Virus record (IMG/VR): IMGVR_UViG_3300009034_000001
Span: 177,415-241,414 of that record
DNA length: 64,000 nucleotides
Strand: one strand, 5' to 3'
Numbering within the stretch: the first letter of the stretch is position 1; the number at the start of each line of letters is the position of its first letter. A program made the position numbers and the translations under genes. The notes beneath the pieces are model-generated. The model was not told the DNA's origin, searched no databases, and saw nothing but the letters and a program-made list of their open reading frames with translations. Of this stretch, positions 23,641 to 34,734 are shown in pieces.

Positions 23641-24011
23641 CTATCTTGGAATAAAGATTTCATTACATACAAATACACGCAATTTTCGTTGCCAGCCCTT
23701 TGCAATCACCTTTCGTATCTTTACTTTCTTTATTACGGGACTTCGCGGATACGGGAAATGGGAGTAGCCCAACTACGTGCGTCGCGTAAAGTATAAAAAC
23801 AATGCCAGCCATTTTTATACTCCTTTCCGAGCCAATCATGTAAAAATTGTTTGGGTTGTCCCACTGAAAAATCCTTAGCACGCAACCACTTACCTAAAGG
23901 TCGTGTCTTGCAACCGTAGAATTCGCCATACAAGCCATTAGCCGAGTCCACAAAGACTTTATAACCATACTTTGGTCGATACAAAGACGTGTCAAGTTGT
24001 CGAAGACACAT
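23641..24011 (-). pseudogene. Family B paralog 4, frameshifted near 23765
   Basis: Frame 1 ends at IREVP*; the family C-terminus (KKVKIRKVIAKGWQ...VFVCNEIFIPR*) continues in the -1 frame. Confidence 0.75.
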
Positions 24012-24022
24012 TTAACCACCCC

Positions 24023-24331
24023 CTAACCTAAAAAGACCTTCCTTGCTAATGCTCTAAGTGCTCCCTTTTTTCCTCTTAATTGTGAAGAGATATTGCGTAA
24101 TGACTTGTTTTTATGTTGTATCAAACAACAATCGGCATTCTCCGGCATTGGATACAGATCCCACAGCGGACAATAGTAACAGGCCCCCGACGGATAATTT
24201 AAAACTTCACCTCGACGTGAGTCTGCTTCATGACAAGCTTCGCATGTAGAAGAATCACCATATATGTCTCCAAAATTCTCGATGTTCTTTAAAGCAAGTT
24301 GAAAAACTCTTTTCTTTGTCCACTTTTTCAC
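24023..24331 (-). CDS. Family A paralog 4
   Basis: WTKKRV...CEAC...CYYCPLW...GALRALARKVFLG. Confidence 0.85.
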   Translation of the reverse strand: MKKWTKKRVFQLALKNIENFGDIYGDSSTCEACHEADSRRGEVLNYPSGACYYCPLWDLYPMPENADCCLIQHKNKSLRNISSQLRGKKGALRALARKVFLG

Positions 24332-25011
24332 TTCCTTTCACCTCCTTCTAGAATTTTTTCTTGCACAAAACAATCATATTCAATTGTACTGCCAAATCCC
24401 TTGTCGTTTACCCAAAATATGAACATATAATCATTTTCCATGTACAATTCCCGAAACGATTTATAGTGTAACAACCTATGCTCAAGTGGTAGTGTAAGGT
24501 CAATAACTATCTCACTGCCAACACTAGTTACCATAACAGCCACCAGGTGACCCTCACCCGTACTTTCGGGATCGCCGCGTAAGATAGCTTTTAGTAGCGG
24601 TCTTTCCAATAGTAACAATATTCCTACTTGATGTTCCGGGAAAATATATTTTAATGAAGCACCTACGAACATAGCTGCATCTTCACAATCACCAACTAGT
24701 CCATCTTTAACCGTTTGACTAGGTGACTTCCACCCATCGTTTTTGGCCAACGCTAGGTCAGTGTCAACAACGTAAGTAAAAGCCTTCAACATTTCAGTAA
24801 GTTCTTGCCCTGTTTGTGGCCTCACTTTCTCAAATGTCACACGGTCATCTTCAATGATACTATGAACAAATACTTCAAAATCCGTTTGTAGTTTATCTAT
24901 TGGACTACGCACTGTTTCGGGTTCATAGCAGGATGCACCGGCGTCTAACATTATCCAACAAAGTGTAAATAAAATGAGGCATCTAATGGCTTTCATGTTC
25001 CTATTCTTCAA
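24328..25011 (-). CDS. Transglutaminase-like cysteine proteinase (BTLCP-like) with signal peptide
   Basis: Hydrophobic N-terminus; W.SP.QT...GDCED; GHLVAV; downstream D completing a Cys-His-Asp triad. Confidence 0.75.
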   Translation of the reverse strand: MKNRNMKAIRCLILFTLCWIMLDAGASCYEPETVRSPIDKLQTDFEVFVHSIIEDDRVTFEKVRPQTGQELTEMLKAFTYVVDTDLALAKNDGWKSPSQTVKDGLVGDCEDAAMFVGASLKYIFPEHQVGILLLLERPLLKAILRGDPESTGEGHLVAVMVTSVGSEIVIDLTLPLEHRLLHYKSFRELYMENDYMFIFWVNDKGFGSTIEYDCFVQEKILEGGERK

Positions 25012-25061
25012 TTTAATTTTGTTACAGTTACATTGTTATGTTTCCAAACACGTTTCCATAA

Positions 25062-25412
25062 CTAACCTAGACAGACTTTCCTTGCTAAAGCTCTAAGCGC
25101 CCCCTTGTTTTTGTTAAGGAACATTGACCACATTCCAAGACTTTTACCCTTGTACTTATAATTAGCACAGTAAAACTTACCACGTTGACTAACACTGGGA
25201 GGTCTAACAAGTTGCCAAATTGGACAATGGTCACATAGTGTAGTGCTTCCATACGTTCCGCTATTGTACCACAGATCTCTTGCATCATGACACAACTGAC
25301 AAGTGCGAACTAATCCAAAGAGTCCGCCTGTATCTTCAATATTTTGTAAAACTTGTTTATAAACTGCTTCACGCGGCCATTTCTCCATTATTAGCACCTC
25401 CTTTTCAATCAA
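25062..25412 (-). CDS. Family A paralog 5
   Basis: CQLC...CDHCPIW...C..YKYKG...NKGALRALARKVCLG. Confidence 0.85.
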   Translation of the reverse strand: MIEKEVLIMEKWPREAVYKQVLQNIEDTGGLFGLVRTCQLCHDARDLWYNSGTYGSTTLCDHCPIWQLVRPPSVSQRGKFYCANYKYKGKSLGMWSMFLNKNKGALRALARKVCLG

Positions 25413-25950
25413 TTAATGTTGCCCACGTCATACAATTTATTTTCATTGCCTTGCGCTTGCTTGAAACACAAATATCAATACGTTCCGTAAATCTCCTATT
25501 CATCAAATCAGCGATCCAAAACTTTCCAAAACCCTCAATGTAAACACATTTTGGCGGTTGCCACCCTTTTCTAAATAAATCCCAAGATACAGCCACAGTT
25601 CCACCAGGTCGAGGTTTTAACATAAAAGCCGTATGAAATGGGTCACTGTCTGTTTCAGCTTTATCAAGAGTATAAGCAGTAATAGTTACATACTTAACTT
25701 TGTACGTTTCCAACTCGGAAATTCGAGCTTCATGGTCAGCTAAACGTATTCCCATTGCGGCCAATTTCGACTCCATATTACTTAATCGTTCTTGAGGACT
25801 TACAAACCCACGTTGGCTTTCAAGTTTACCTTTAAGTTTATATGTGTTATCAACTGCAAGAGCAAAAAAGACGAATAAGCCAACCATAAAGGCGAGTCCG
25901 CCAACAGCACATACAATGAAAACAACAAATCTTCCAATATGCTTACACAT
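25405..25950 (-). CDS. Membrane-anchored 3D-domain protein (lytic-transglycosylase-like)
   Basis: N-terminal TM helix and coiled coil, then VTITAY...TDSDPF.TA...VAVS.D...YIEGFG...D.M...RIDI. Confidence 0.8.
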   Translation of the reverse strand: MCKHIGRFVVFIVCAVGGLAFMVGLFVFFALAVDNTYKLKGKLESQRGFVSPQERLSNMESKLAAMGIRLADHEARISELETYKVKYVTITAYTLDKAETDSDPFHTAFMLKPRPGGTVAVSWDLFRKGWQPPKCVYIEGFGKFWIADLMNRRFTERIDICVSSKRKAMKINCMTWATLID

Positions 25951-26350
25951 TTTTTTTACCTCCCAACTCTCTTCTTATTTACTTGGTTTTTTCTTACGTA
26001 AGCGCCTTATCAGTTCCCACGCAACTTCACATTCAATTGTACGACCGCCTCTAATTTCTTCGCACCGCTTTAAACTATCTTCTAATCCCTTGATCGACTT
26101 TTTTTCAAATTTCCGTAAATCACTTCCCATTCTTCACCCTCCAATCTTGAATTACTTCTTATCTAAGCCCGTAAACATCTTCCACAGTTTGGGCTTCTTC
26201 AATCCTTTCAGTGCTTCCGGAGAGTAGCCTTCAACTATGAGAGCTTCACGTAACTGCTTAGACTTAAGCAAAAAATATAGTTCAGGTTTTGAACGTAAAA
26301 CGTTTTTAACCAATACAAACATCATCTCCTCCGTACATTGATATATCTAC

Positions 26351-26545
26351 TCAACCAACGTCTACATATTCCGTACAAAGTTGCAAAACTTCATCATAAG
26401 AGTGAGCTCCCAAAGCTTTCTTTGAAAATTCATCCGCCCGCTGTTTCAACCCGGCCCTTTTCAAAGTTTTAGCAACTATTCCAATTATGTTAAAAACGTT
26501 TCCGTCCTGACCAATCAGTTTACATTTAGGTTTATTACTCATCAC
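26351..26545 (-). CDS. Conserved phage hypothetical protein (L.GQDGNVF.IIG...SYDEVL)
   Basis: Motif recalled from widespread phage small proteins. Confidence 0.6.
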   Translation of the reverse strand: MMSNKPKCKLIGQDGNVFNIIGIVAKTLKRAGLKQRADEFSKKALGAHSYDEVLQLCTEYVDVG

Positions 26546-27912
26546 AAAGAAACCTCCTTTATAGTTATTTCATCCTCTCACGCTTTTTGAATGTTATCAT
26601 CTTCGTCCACGAAGATTATTTCATCACATTCATCACCCAGATAGTGCATTCCACATTCTTCGTCATCACAAAGATGTATTCCGCTTGTTGGCGTGCTTCT
26701 CGTTGCAGGTTCCTCACAATAGGAGCACTTCGGAATTTCGCCTACTTCCCAGAGATACCCAGAACTTTCATAATGTCCAGCCATTTGACACCTCCTTCTT
26801 TCTACAGATGTTTTGCGAGTTCGTTATAAAACGTCACACTCGCTACTCCCCGACTGTCACCTATATAACGTTGACTGTAAGGTCTCATTGACTCGCCAAC
26901 GCCAACTTCAAACGTGCCGTCAGTAAACTCAATCAAACAAATAACCTCCTCCGCAAAGCCAAACTCGACCGTTAGTATATTTTCAACTTTTCGGTCTTCA
27001 ATAATACCTTTCCAACCATCGCCAATATTTTCCAATTCTTTGCCATATATCAGATATATTTCAAACTCCCTCATCTCACATCTCCTTATATGTTGCATTT
27101 AAACGTTAAAATTATTAGAAGATCCACCAAACAAATTTGACGCCTAATGCAACACATGCCCCCTTATAAGCCCACGCAAATGAATCTATCAAAAATCCTA
27201 ACACGTCACCTATTACTTCGCCAACATCAATGTTGTTGTTCATAATGTCATCCTCCCTTTAAGAATTCAATTGCCAAAATTGTTACTATTAACGCCCACA
27301 TGAGCCATGTCCATCTAATTCCAAATATCATAGATGCCTCCTCCACAAGTTATTTATTTCCCGTTTTTACCTGAACAGAAGTCATCTGCAAGCGTTGCAG
27401 CAATTTCAAACGAATAACCACTAATCTCTTCTACTTCATACTCTCCACGAACCTCCACTTGGTCCCCAGGTTCGGGTTTGTCGGATGAAAAGAAGAAGTA
27501 AGTTCTATCCTCGCAGACGTTTCCATTACTTTCTAACAAAGCGCATAAGTATATACGCATTGTGCTAATCCTCCTTCTATTTATTTCCTTTTTATAGCCA
27601 CGCCCATAGCCTTTGCTTCTCTTTCAAGAACCTCCGGATGAAACTGTGAAAAGTGTTCAATTACGGCACACCTTTCGCGTCTCTTAAGCGTTTTTCCGTT
27701 GGGACTTTTCATATCAAGTCGAATTCGGTAAGAAACATCTATCTTGACACCACATAAATTACAAGTGCCTTCCTTCCTGATAATCTCCGACCACTTGCTA
27801 TTAAGAGATCCACACCTCGGACATGCTGGTTCAGTTGAATCCTGCTCAAAATGTTGCTCCACACTTATGACAATACCATCTGGTCATTTCTCCTCCCTAG
27901 ATAGTTCAAAAA

Positions 27913-28158
27913 TTACCTAATTCGGCCTTTTTCAACAGCTGACTTAATTCTGGCCTTCTCGTAAAGTGTTCTCACTGCAGCTTCCAATCTAGTCATCGCA
28001 ATATGGTCAAAGAAACGCTCGTCGCATTTTGTGCACTCAATCCATTCAAGTCCACATATTCTTTCATTAACTTCAGGTAGTCTAAGTGGATAATTGCCCT
28101 CGCGGGCTACCATTTCCCCACCACAAAGCGGACAGACGGTGTTGACCAGTTTCTTCAC
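27913..28158 (-). CDS. YgiT-type zinc finger (MqsA antitoxin N-terminal-like), no HTH
   Basis: CPLCGGEM...I.GL....CTKCDERFFD.....RLE. Confidence 0.75.
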   Translation of the reverse strand: MKKLVNTVCPLCGGEMVAREGNYPLRLPEVNERICGLEWIECTKCDERFFDHIAMTRLEAAVRTLYEKARIKSAVEKGRIR

Positions 28159-28174
28159 TAATTAGTCACCTCCT

Positions 28175-28393
28175 TTATTTTCCACGATGACTGCGTTTAC
28201 TTGCCTTCAGAGGATTTATCATCTTACCAGTCTTTTTATCTTTAATAAGTGTCGGAGCCATTGGGCACCGTTCGCCTAAAGGATGTCCAGGCTCACGCCA
28301 TTTTCTCTCAGGATATAAATACACCTTACACTTCCCACCCTCAATATGAAGACAATCGTCATCAATACACCTCTGGATTATCTCACCGCCCAT
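28175..28393 (-). CDS. PxxKW-family cysteine-rich protein
   Basis: C..Y..PERKW....CPMA...K.INPLKASKR matches the PxxKW family pattern known from Desulfobacterota. Confidence 0.75.
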   Translation of the reverse strand: MGGEIIQRCIDDDCLHIEGGKCKVYLYPERKWREPGHPLGERCPMAPTLIKDKKTGKMINPLKASKRSHRGK

Positions 28394-28655
28394 AAGCTTC
28401 CCTCCTCACACAATGACTTTTTTAGAAATTATCTATAAGTTTTCTGATTGATGGATTCCGAATTTCAACCTCGTCAAGATTTTGGGGAAACAACAACACA
28501 GCAAATTGGTCTTCAAGGCTCATACCATCATAGCACACACGAATAAAACGTGCTCTCTCGTCACGACTTAATTTTCCAAACCAAGTAAAGAAACCCATGT
28601 TTTGTAGTTCACGTTCCATACTACCACCCTCCTATGACAGTTAAATAAGGAAAAA

Positions 28656-29006
28656 CTATTTCAATATTTTGACAGCTAACGCTCTAAGTGCGCCTTTATT
28701 GCCGTGTAACTTACTATCCAATTCAGTCAGACGTTTACCTTTATGTAAATAATTGACACATTGGTTAGAACTACCCTTCAACTCCAAAGGTTGTTTGAAA
28801 ATATTCCACAGAGGACACAAATCACAAACATCCTCGTCAATATCCAAGGTTAAATAACGTGTCCACCTTTCATCCTCCGCCTCGTGGCACATTTTACACG
28901 GAACACTATACATAGAGCCATAACTCTCGATGTTGCCAAATACCAATCTTAATACTCTACTTTTTGTAAACTTCGGCCTTCTCCTTCTGGGAAACATAAA
29001 CATCAC
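28656..29006 (-). CDS. Family A paralog 6
   Basis: NIESYGS...CKMC...CDLCPLW...C.NYLHKG...GNKGALRAL. Confidence 0.85.
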   Translation of the reverse strand: MMFMFPRRRRPKFTKSRVLRLVFGNIESYGSMYSVPCKMCHEAEDERWTRYLTLDIDEDVCDLCPLWNIFKQPLELKGSSNQCVNYLHKGKRLTELDSKLHGNKGALRALAVKILK

Positions 29007-29150
29007 CTCCTAAGTACTAATCATCAGGCGTAAAACCTTTACAGCCTTTACAGCCTTTACTGCTTGTACTGCTATCGCAAATCAAAAATGCTATAAACAT
29101 CACCAAACCAAAGAAAATTGAGAGTACAATTTCCATAACGTCGCCCCCAC

Positions 29151-29498
29151 TTAGCCCGACAATATTTTAGTAGCAACCGCTTTTAGTGCCCCTTTGTTAG
29201 GAAACAAAAGCTCATCCCAGGTGGATAACGATCTGCCTTTATATCGATATTCATAACATTGACCCTCAGTGCCTTTCAAATCCCTAGGTTGTGATAGTAC
29301 ATCCCATAACGGACAGTAATCACAATGACAAGAGTCTATTCCAAGAAGAGAGCCGGGTGGGTTATATATGTCGATATTGGGATAGCGCTTCGTTGATGCA
29401 CGGCACAATGCACAACCGCAGCCAAAAAAGGATTTATGTTGATCGATATTACGATACACTAACTGAAGTATTTTGTCCTTAGTCCACTTCCTTGGCAT
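29151..29498 (-). CDS. Family A paralog 7
   Basis: CALC...CDYCPLW...C..YRYKG...NKGALKAV. Confidence 0.85.
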   Translation of the reverse strand: MPRKWTKDKILQLVYRNIDQHKSFFGCGCALCRASTKRYPNIDIYNPPGSLLGIDSCHCDYCPLWDVLSQPRDLKGTEGQCYEYRYKGRSLSTWDELLFPNKGALKAVATKILSG

Positions 29499-29514
29499 TT
29501 AAACTTTCACCTCC

Positions 29515-29832
29515 TTAACTATCCTTCTTTGTTAAGTTGTTAACTAACGCAAGCAATAATGCTCGTAGTGCAGGTTTATTGTTACGTAATTTAGAATCCA
29601 AACTATGCAAGATTTTGCCTTTATATTTAATATTTGCGCAATCCGACATATATGGAATCGACTGTTTTAAATACCTCCAAAGTGGACAGACGTCACACTG
29701 GGAGTGGTCAAAACCAGCATGTTCCTCGGCTTCAACACAAAGTAGGCAAGTAAACGGATCTCCATATAAAGAGCCATCGCGTTCAATGTTACGCTCGACG
29801 CACCTTATAATAGATTTCTTCGATAGCTTCAT
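29515..29832 (-). CDS. Family A paralog 8
   Basis: KKSIIRCVERNIE...CLLC...CDVCPLW...C.NIKYKG...NKPALRALL. Confidence 0.85.
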   Translation of the reverse strand: MKLSKKSIIRCVERNIERDGSLYGDPFTCLLCVEAEEHAGFDHSQCDVCPLWRYLKQSIPYMSDCANIKYKGKILHSLDSKLRNNKPALRALLLALVNNLTKKDS

Positions 29833-29847
29833 TTTTTTTAGCCTCCT

Positions 29848-30171
29848 TTAGCTAAAGTGATTAATAAGTCCCCTTAACAACGCCAGTAACGCCGGCTTAT
29901 TTCCCCTTAGCTTTTTATTATGAACCCAAAGCGGGTTACCTTTATATCGTATAATAGAACAGCCGCTTTCAGCATCCGTACGACAGCCCAATTCCGGCAT
30001 TGTCACATAATCCCACAACGGACAGAAATTACACTTATAAGCAGAAAGATGTCCACGCCTGTTAAAAGCAATACTACAAAGTAAACAGTTAAAACGACTA
30101 AACAAAGAACCATGCATTTTAATGTTTCGCTCGACGAAATTTATAAGGTTTTCCTTTGAAATCTTATGCAT
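29848..30171 (-). CDS. Family A paralog 9
   Basis: CLLC...CNFCPLW...C..IRYKG...GNKPALLALL. Confidence 0.85.
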   Translation of the reverse strand: MHKISKENLINFVERNIKMHGSLFSRFNCLLCSIAFNRRGHLSAYKCNFCPLWDYVTMPELGCRTDAESGCSIIRYKGNPLWVHNKKLRGNKPALLALLRGLINHFS

Positions 30172-30588
30172 CTTCTAACTCCTTCCCAAATATAGCATTC
30201 CAAACTATTCAAGTCCTTTGAACCATCTTTCGTCAAATTGCACGGGGCGGCCCGTCCCTAGACTTAAACGCTCTAAATTTAAGTCGGCGAACCTTGACTC
30301 CTTTGCCCAAGTATTAGAACACCGATAACTTCGCGAACAAACCGGAGATGATCCGCTCGTGTCAGGTACCAATAAGTAGGAAAGGAACCTAGTTCAAAGA
30401 GAGTCTCACCGTCACCCCGTAAATCCACAATACTACAATGTTCCGGAGAGGCGTTGACCAAATGTGTTACTGAGTTCCATGTGTGATGTGGCCACCCGGA
30501 TGACCTATTAAAGCCTCTCTGATAAGACTCAAGTATAATATCAAGAGCACATACCATCTCTGAATATAACATCTTCTGTAACTGTACC

Positions 30589-31017
30589 TTATTTAACTGT
30601 ATCTGCAACCTGTTTCTCTATAAAAATCTGTTTACATACAGTAACACTATGACTTTCCATGCCACTAAATGTGCTGAAACATTGATTCCCAACACAAACT
30701 GGTTCTTTTACCCTTACCCTCCAAATCTCGTGATTATGGTCGTATCCAAAACGTCCTTTCTGTTTTAGTCGAGCCTTTACATCCTTCAAACTATGGTAAA
30801 CATGAAAACCTCGAAGATAACACGTACGACCTTCATCTCTTAAGGATATTGTTTCCTTACGAAAATTACCAATGTAATCTTTTTCATGTAACCATTGGTG
30901 TCTAGGCCTAACTTTACTTCTGTTTATAAATTCGCCATAAAGTTTACCGTTTATCCGAGCAAAAACCTTATAACCTTGCTTCACTGGCCGTTTATTTGTC
31001 ACTACAGATAAACACAT
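30589..31017 (-). CDS. Family B paralog 5
   Basis: MCLS...GYKVF...GKLYGE...RP..WLHEKDY...GFHVYH...VTVCKQIFI. Confidence 0.85.
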   Translation of the reverse strand: MCLSVVTNKRPVKQGYKVFARINGKLYGEFINRSKVRPRHQWLHEKDYIGNFRKETISLRDEGRTCYLRGFHVYHSLKDVKARLKQKGRFGYDHNHEIWRVRVKEPVCVGNQCFSTFSGMESHSVTVCKQIFIEKQVADTVK

Positions 31018-31050
31018 TTAATGCCCTCCTTTAACTGTGCCTATTACAAG

Positions 31051-31494
31051 CTACTTCTTATATACAGGAATTCGTTCTTCTATAAAAATCTGCTTACAAA
31101 CCGTAACATTTTGCCTCACCATTTCACCACCCATATGAAGGCGATAGTTTTGAACCCCATTACAAGTAGGCTCTTTTATCTTAACCTTCCATATTTCGTA
31201 ACTACCTCTACGCGCTTCGTAGGGGTAAGTCATTTTCCGACGAAGTCGAGCCTTGGCATCCTTCAAACTATGGTATACATGAAAACCCATAAGGTACTTA
31301 TGAAAACCTCTATCTCTTAAGAACATTATATCCTCCCAATAGCTATCTCTGTAGTCTTTTTCATGTAACCACCGGCGTTTTGGTCTAACCTGTTCGTTAC
31401 TTACATATTCTCCATACAGTTTGCCATGAAGCTGAAAGAAGATCTTGTAACCTTGTTTCACCGATCTTCTATTTATTACGGTTGATAAACACAT
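31051..31494 (-). CDS. Family B paralog 6 (tandem duplicate of paralog 5)
   Basis: Same motifs; identical 26-nt RBS/start junction at about 31008-31032 and 31484-31509. Confidence 0.85.
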   Translation of the reverse strand: MCLSTVINRRSVKQGYKIFFQLHGKLYGEYVSNEQVRPKRRWLHEKDYRDSYWEDIMFLRDRGFHKYLMGFHVYHSLKDAKARLRRKMTYPYEARRGSYEIWKVKIKEPTCNGVQNYRLHMGGEMVRQNVTVCKQIFIEERIPVYKK

Positions 31495-32259
31495 TTAATG
31501 CCCTCCTTTGCTTTTCAGGAAATCAACTGCGACCTTACCTCTACCTTTTAGTGCTCGCAATTGATGTACTTGTCAATAGACCTCTTTTTCTGATTTCTCT
31601 CAGTACCTCTATCTTTTTCGCTTGCAATTTTTTGATTTCCAAACGTGTATCCGTACCATCTAGTTTGCCATATCCCCAACCAGCCGCAAAATCTGCAAGC
31701 TTAAAGTCAATCTGATTAATTAACCTTTCATAATAATCGACTAGTTCCTCATCAGAAAGATCTGTGTGTTTTACATTAAGAAATCCTGCTGTTTCAGGCG
31801 TAATGCAACCAAACACAACAAAAACCGTCCAGAAAAGGAAATAGACTACTAAAGCAGCCTTTATTATTTTTAGCGCCATGACTTTCCTCCCATTATGTTA
31901 AATGAATATAAAAAGATTTACTTTAATTAGTTAACCTGCTCTAATTTAACACTCATTTTTAATAAAGCTTGAATTAAAGTAGCTGCAGTAGTACCCTCTA
32001 AACAGCCGCCTTTTACCTCCTCAACATGTAAACTTCCTGCTGCAACACGGAATTTCCTGCCCTGTAACCAACTAAAACGAATGGCATCTACTTCAGACAT
32101 AGTATCCAATTTTGTAATTCGCTCATGGTAAGGTAAAGTCCTAAAAACTATCTCAACCACCTCATCCTTTGTCATTAACATTCCTATTCACCCCCTTTAA
32201 GTGTGAGTATCACAAATTAACATGAAAAGATATAAACGTGTCTATACTTCTTTTTATGC

Positions 32260-32787
32260 TTAAAATGTTCCTTGCGTCTTTGGAAGCCTATCATATAGCT
32301 TTGCTTTCAGTTCTACTACTTGTTGTTTCAGGTTTTTGATAGTTCTCTCATTGCCGCCTTCTTCACAAATTAATTCATGCTGAAGACGATAACATTTAGC
32401 CTTCAAAGAAGATATTTCCTTCCGCAAGCACTCAACATTAGTAGCATCACAAACCAATGCACGTCTAAGCTGATTTCGACTTTTGATCTCTTTCAACAGT
32501 CTGAACCTGAGCTTTATGATTGTGTTTCTTTGGTATTCTACAGTATATTCCTGGTCGTTCCTTTCTACGCAGGTAGATTTACGCCGAAGTCTATAACATT
32601 CATCCTTCAAAGAAGATATTTCCTTCTTCAAACGTCCAACATTAGCAACATCACCGACTTGTTTTAAAGTGACAATAACGCGTTGAATACTACTAATGTC
32701 CCAATCTCGAACAACGCCACCGTACTCAAGTTTTCTTGCTAACCTTTTTAGTATTTCAATCTGGTCACATATAGTTGCTGCATACAT
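32260..32787 (-). CDS. Coiled-coil protein with an internal repeat
   Basis: LKKEISSLKDECYRL and LRKEISSLKAKCYRL; repeat also visible at DNA level. Confidence 0.7.
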   Translation of the reverse strand: MYAATICDQIEILKRLARKLEYGGVVRDWDISSIQRVIVTLKQVGDVANVGRLKKEISSLKDECYRLRRKSTCVERNDQEYTVEYQRNTIIKLRFRLLKEIKSRNQLRRALVCDATNVECLRKEISSLKAKCYRLQHELICEEGGNERTIKNLKQQVVELKAKLYDRLPKTQGTF

Positions 32788-34410
32788 AATAAGCTACCTC
32801 CTTCTAATATTCTTATGATTTCTCTGTTTTGTTACCTTTAATGTCTATCCTCGTCTTCAAAAGCTTCCTTATAATTCCGGTCTGCTTCGTCAATCACCTC
32901 ATGTGCCATGGTATTCGGTTTTGAGATTCTCCCTCCCGTAATATGCATATATACTTTGCTTACTTCTCCCATTACCATGCTGTAATCGTGAAGCTCTCGT
33001 TTAACCAAGTCAACATCAAGATTGCCATCCTTTTTGCAAACGAGGTCTCGCCAGAAATTTTCAAACGTTTTTTCATATTCTTCCATAATTATACCCCCAG
33101 AATTATTTTTACAATTCCAAGATTTGTAGCCTATTTCGCAAAGGCTTCCAACTGGCACATAAACTCGCCTATCTTGACTTCCACATCTTTTAAATGGGCT
33201 GCAAAGACTCGTAGCTTTTCAACATCGGAAGCAGGTTCAATGCCTCTAATCGCAAGTTTGTCTGCTACTCGTTCTAACAGATCAATTCGTTCTCTTAGAT
33301 TTGCTAACATGTCACGTTACCTCCCTAATACAATTAATACATGGGCCATCAGGAATCAAAGTAAACTCCTCCCGATATTCGCAATCATCTTTATCCCATT
33401 GGCACATGTATATGGTCTTCTTACGATGTTCCTTTACATTTAAAGTTTCATGAACATCTATTCCAGCAACTGCAACCATATACTTGCAGGTTTCAACTAA
33501 AGACCTTCTACATCTTGCCACTTTTGTTACTTTTTCCATTAAATTACACCTTTCTCTTTATAAGCTCTCATCTATAACTTCCCCTGTTTCATCATCTGTA
33601 ATCCTACCATTCCAATCTCTTACAAACTTTGCTCTAAGTTTTTCACGAAGAGATAACTCTTCTATTGCCTCTTGTTTGGTAGGAGCCTTTACCCGAAGAA
33701 ACTCTACAATAGTTCTTGTGAAGTTAAAAGTTGGCATTTTATTCCCTCCCCTTGTTTAATGTGAATGCTCTCTGTACTTAGAAAACTCGACAAAAAACGC
33801 TCTAAAATTATCATCGGAAAGGCCATCGAGCAGCTTAATAATTACCTTAAGCATATCTCTTATGTTAATGGAGATTAATCCGGGGGGAACCTTTTTAACC
33901 AACACATTATAGCAATACTGATGGACCTCTTCCATTATTTCTTGAATGGTAGCATCGGCCTCAAACGTTGAGCCATAATCTTCATTTTCCAACAAAGCAA
34001 GTATTCTTCCTCTTACCTTCATTGGTAGAACGTAGCACATCTCTCCCACCCCCTTAAGAAGCTGTTGGCATCAGCAAGCCGGTCAACTCCATGTAGCATT
34101 TATCACACAAAAGAATTTCCCAGACTCCTTCGTAAAAGACGATTACTACCGTTGCCTTATTTACATTACAAGCAACACAGTTATATCGCCCGTTTGATTT
34201 AACTATCTTTATCACTTGCGCGCTCCCTTAACTTATTCTTTATCGATTATATCGAAAGAAGCGGGTTCTGTCATAACAGCAAGCGGCACAGTATCCCAAT
34301 CTTTGACTTTTGGTGATGCAACACGATGAAAATCGAGAAGAAACTGTTGTGCTTCGTGATTCAAATCATGAAAGTAAATCTCCACATCATTTGATAAAGT
34401 TATCTTCATG

Positions 34411-34734
34411 TTATTTCTTGGCCCCCTTCGAATAGAAATTTATTAAACCTCTTAAAAACGCTCGTAGCGCAGGTTTATTTCCTTCCAACCTACTTTCAAT
34501 AGTAAACACAGCTTCTCCCTTGTATTTCAGGTGGCTACAAGCGGCTTCCAAACCGCAAAACTTTGGTTTTGGTAAATAATCCCATAATGGACAGTACTTA
34601 CATGTAAAATATTCCGTGGGAGACGTTCTCTTGTCAGCCTCAATACAAAGTTTACAGCTATGTAAACCTCCACTGAATGAGCCATATTTCTCGATGTTAT
34701 TTTTTATAAACTGAATAATTGTTGACTTCTTCAT
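34411..34734 (-). CDS. Family A paralog 10
   Basis: Family motifs; first of a 7-gene tandem array. Confidence 0.9.
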   Translation of the reverse strand: MKKSTIIQFIKNNIEKYGSFSGGLHSCKLCIEADKRTSPTEYFTCKYCPLWDYLPKPKFCGLEAACSHLKYKGEAVFTIESRLEGNKPALRAFLRGLINFYSKGAKK

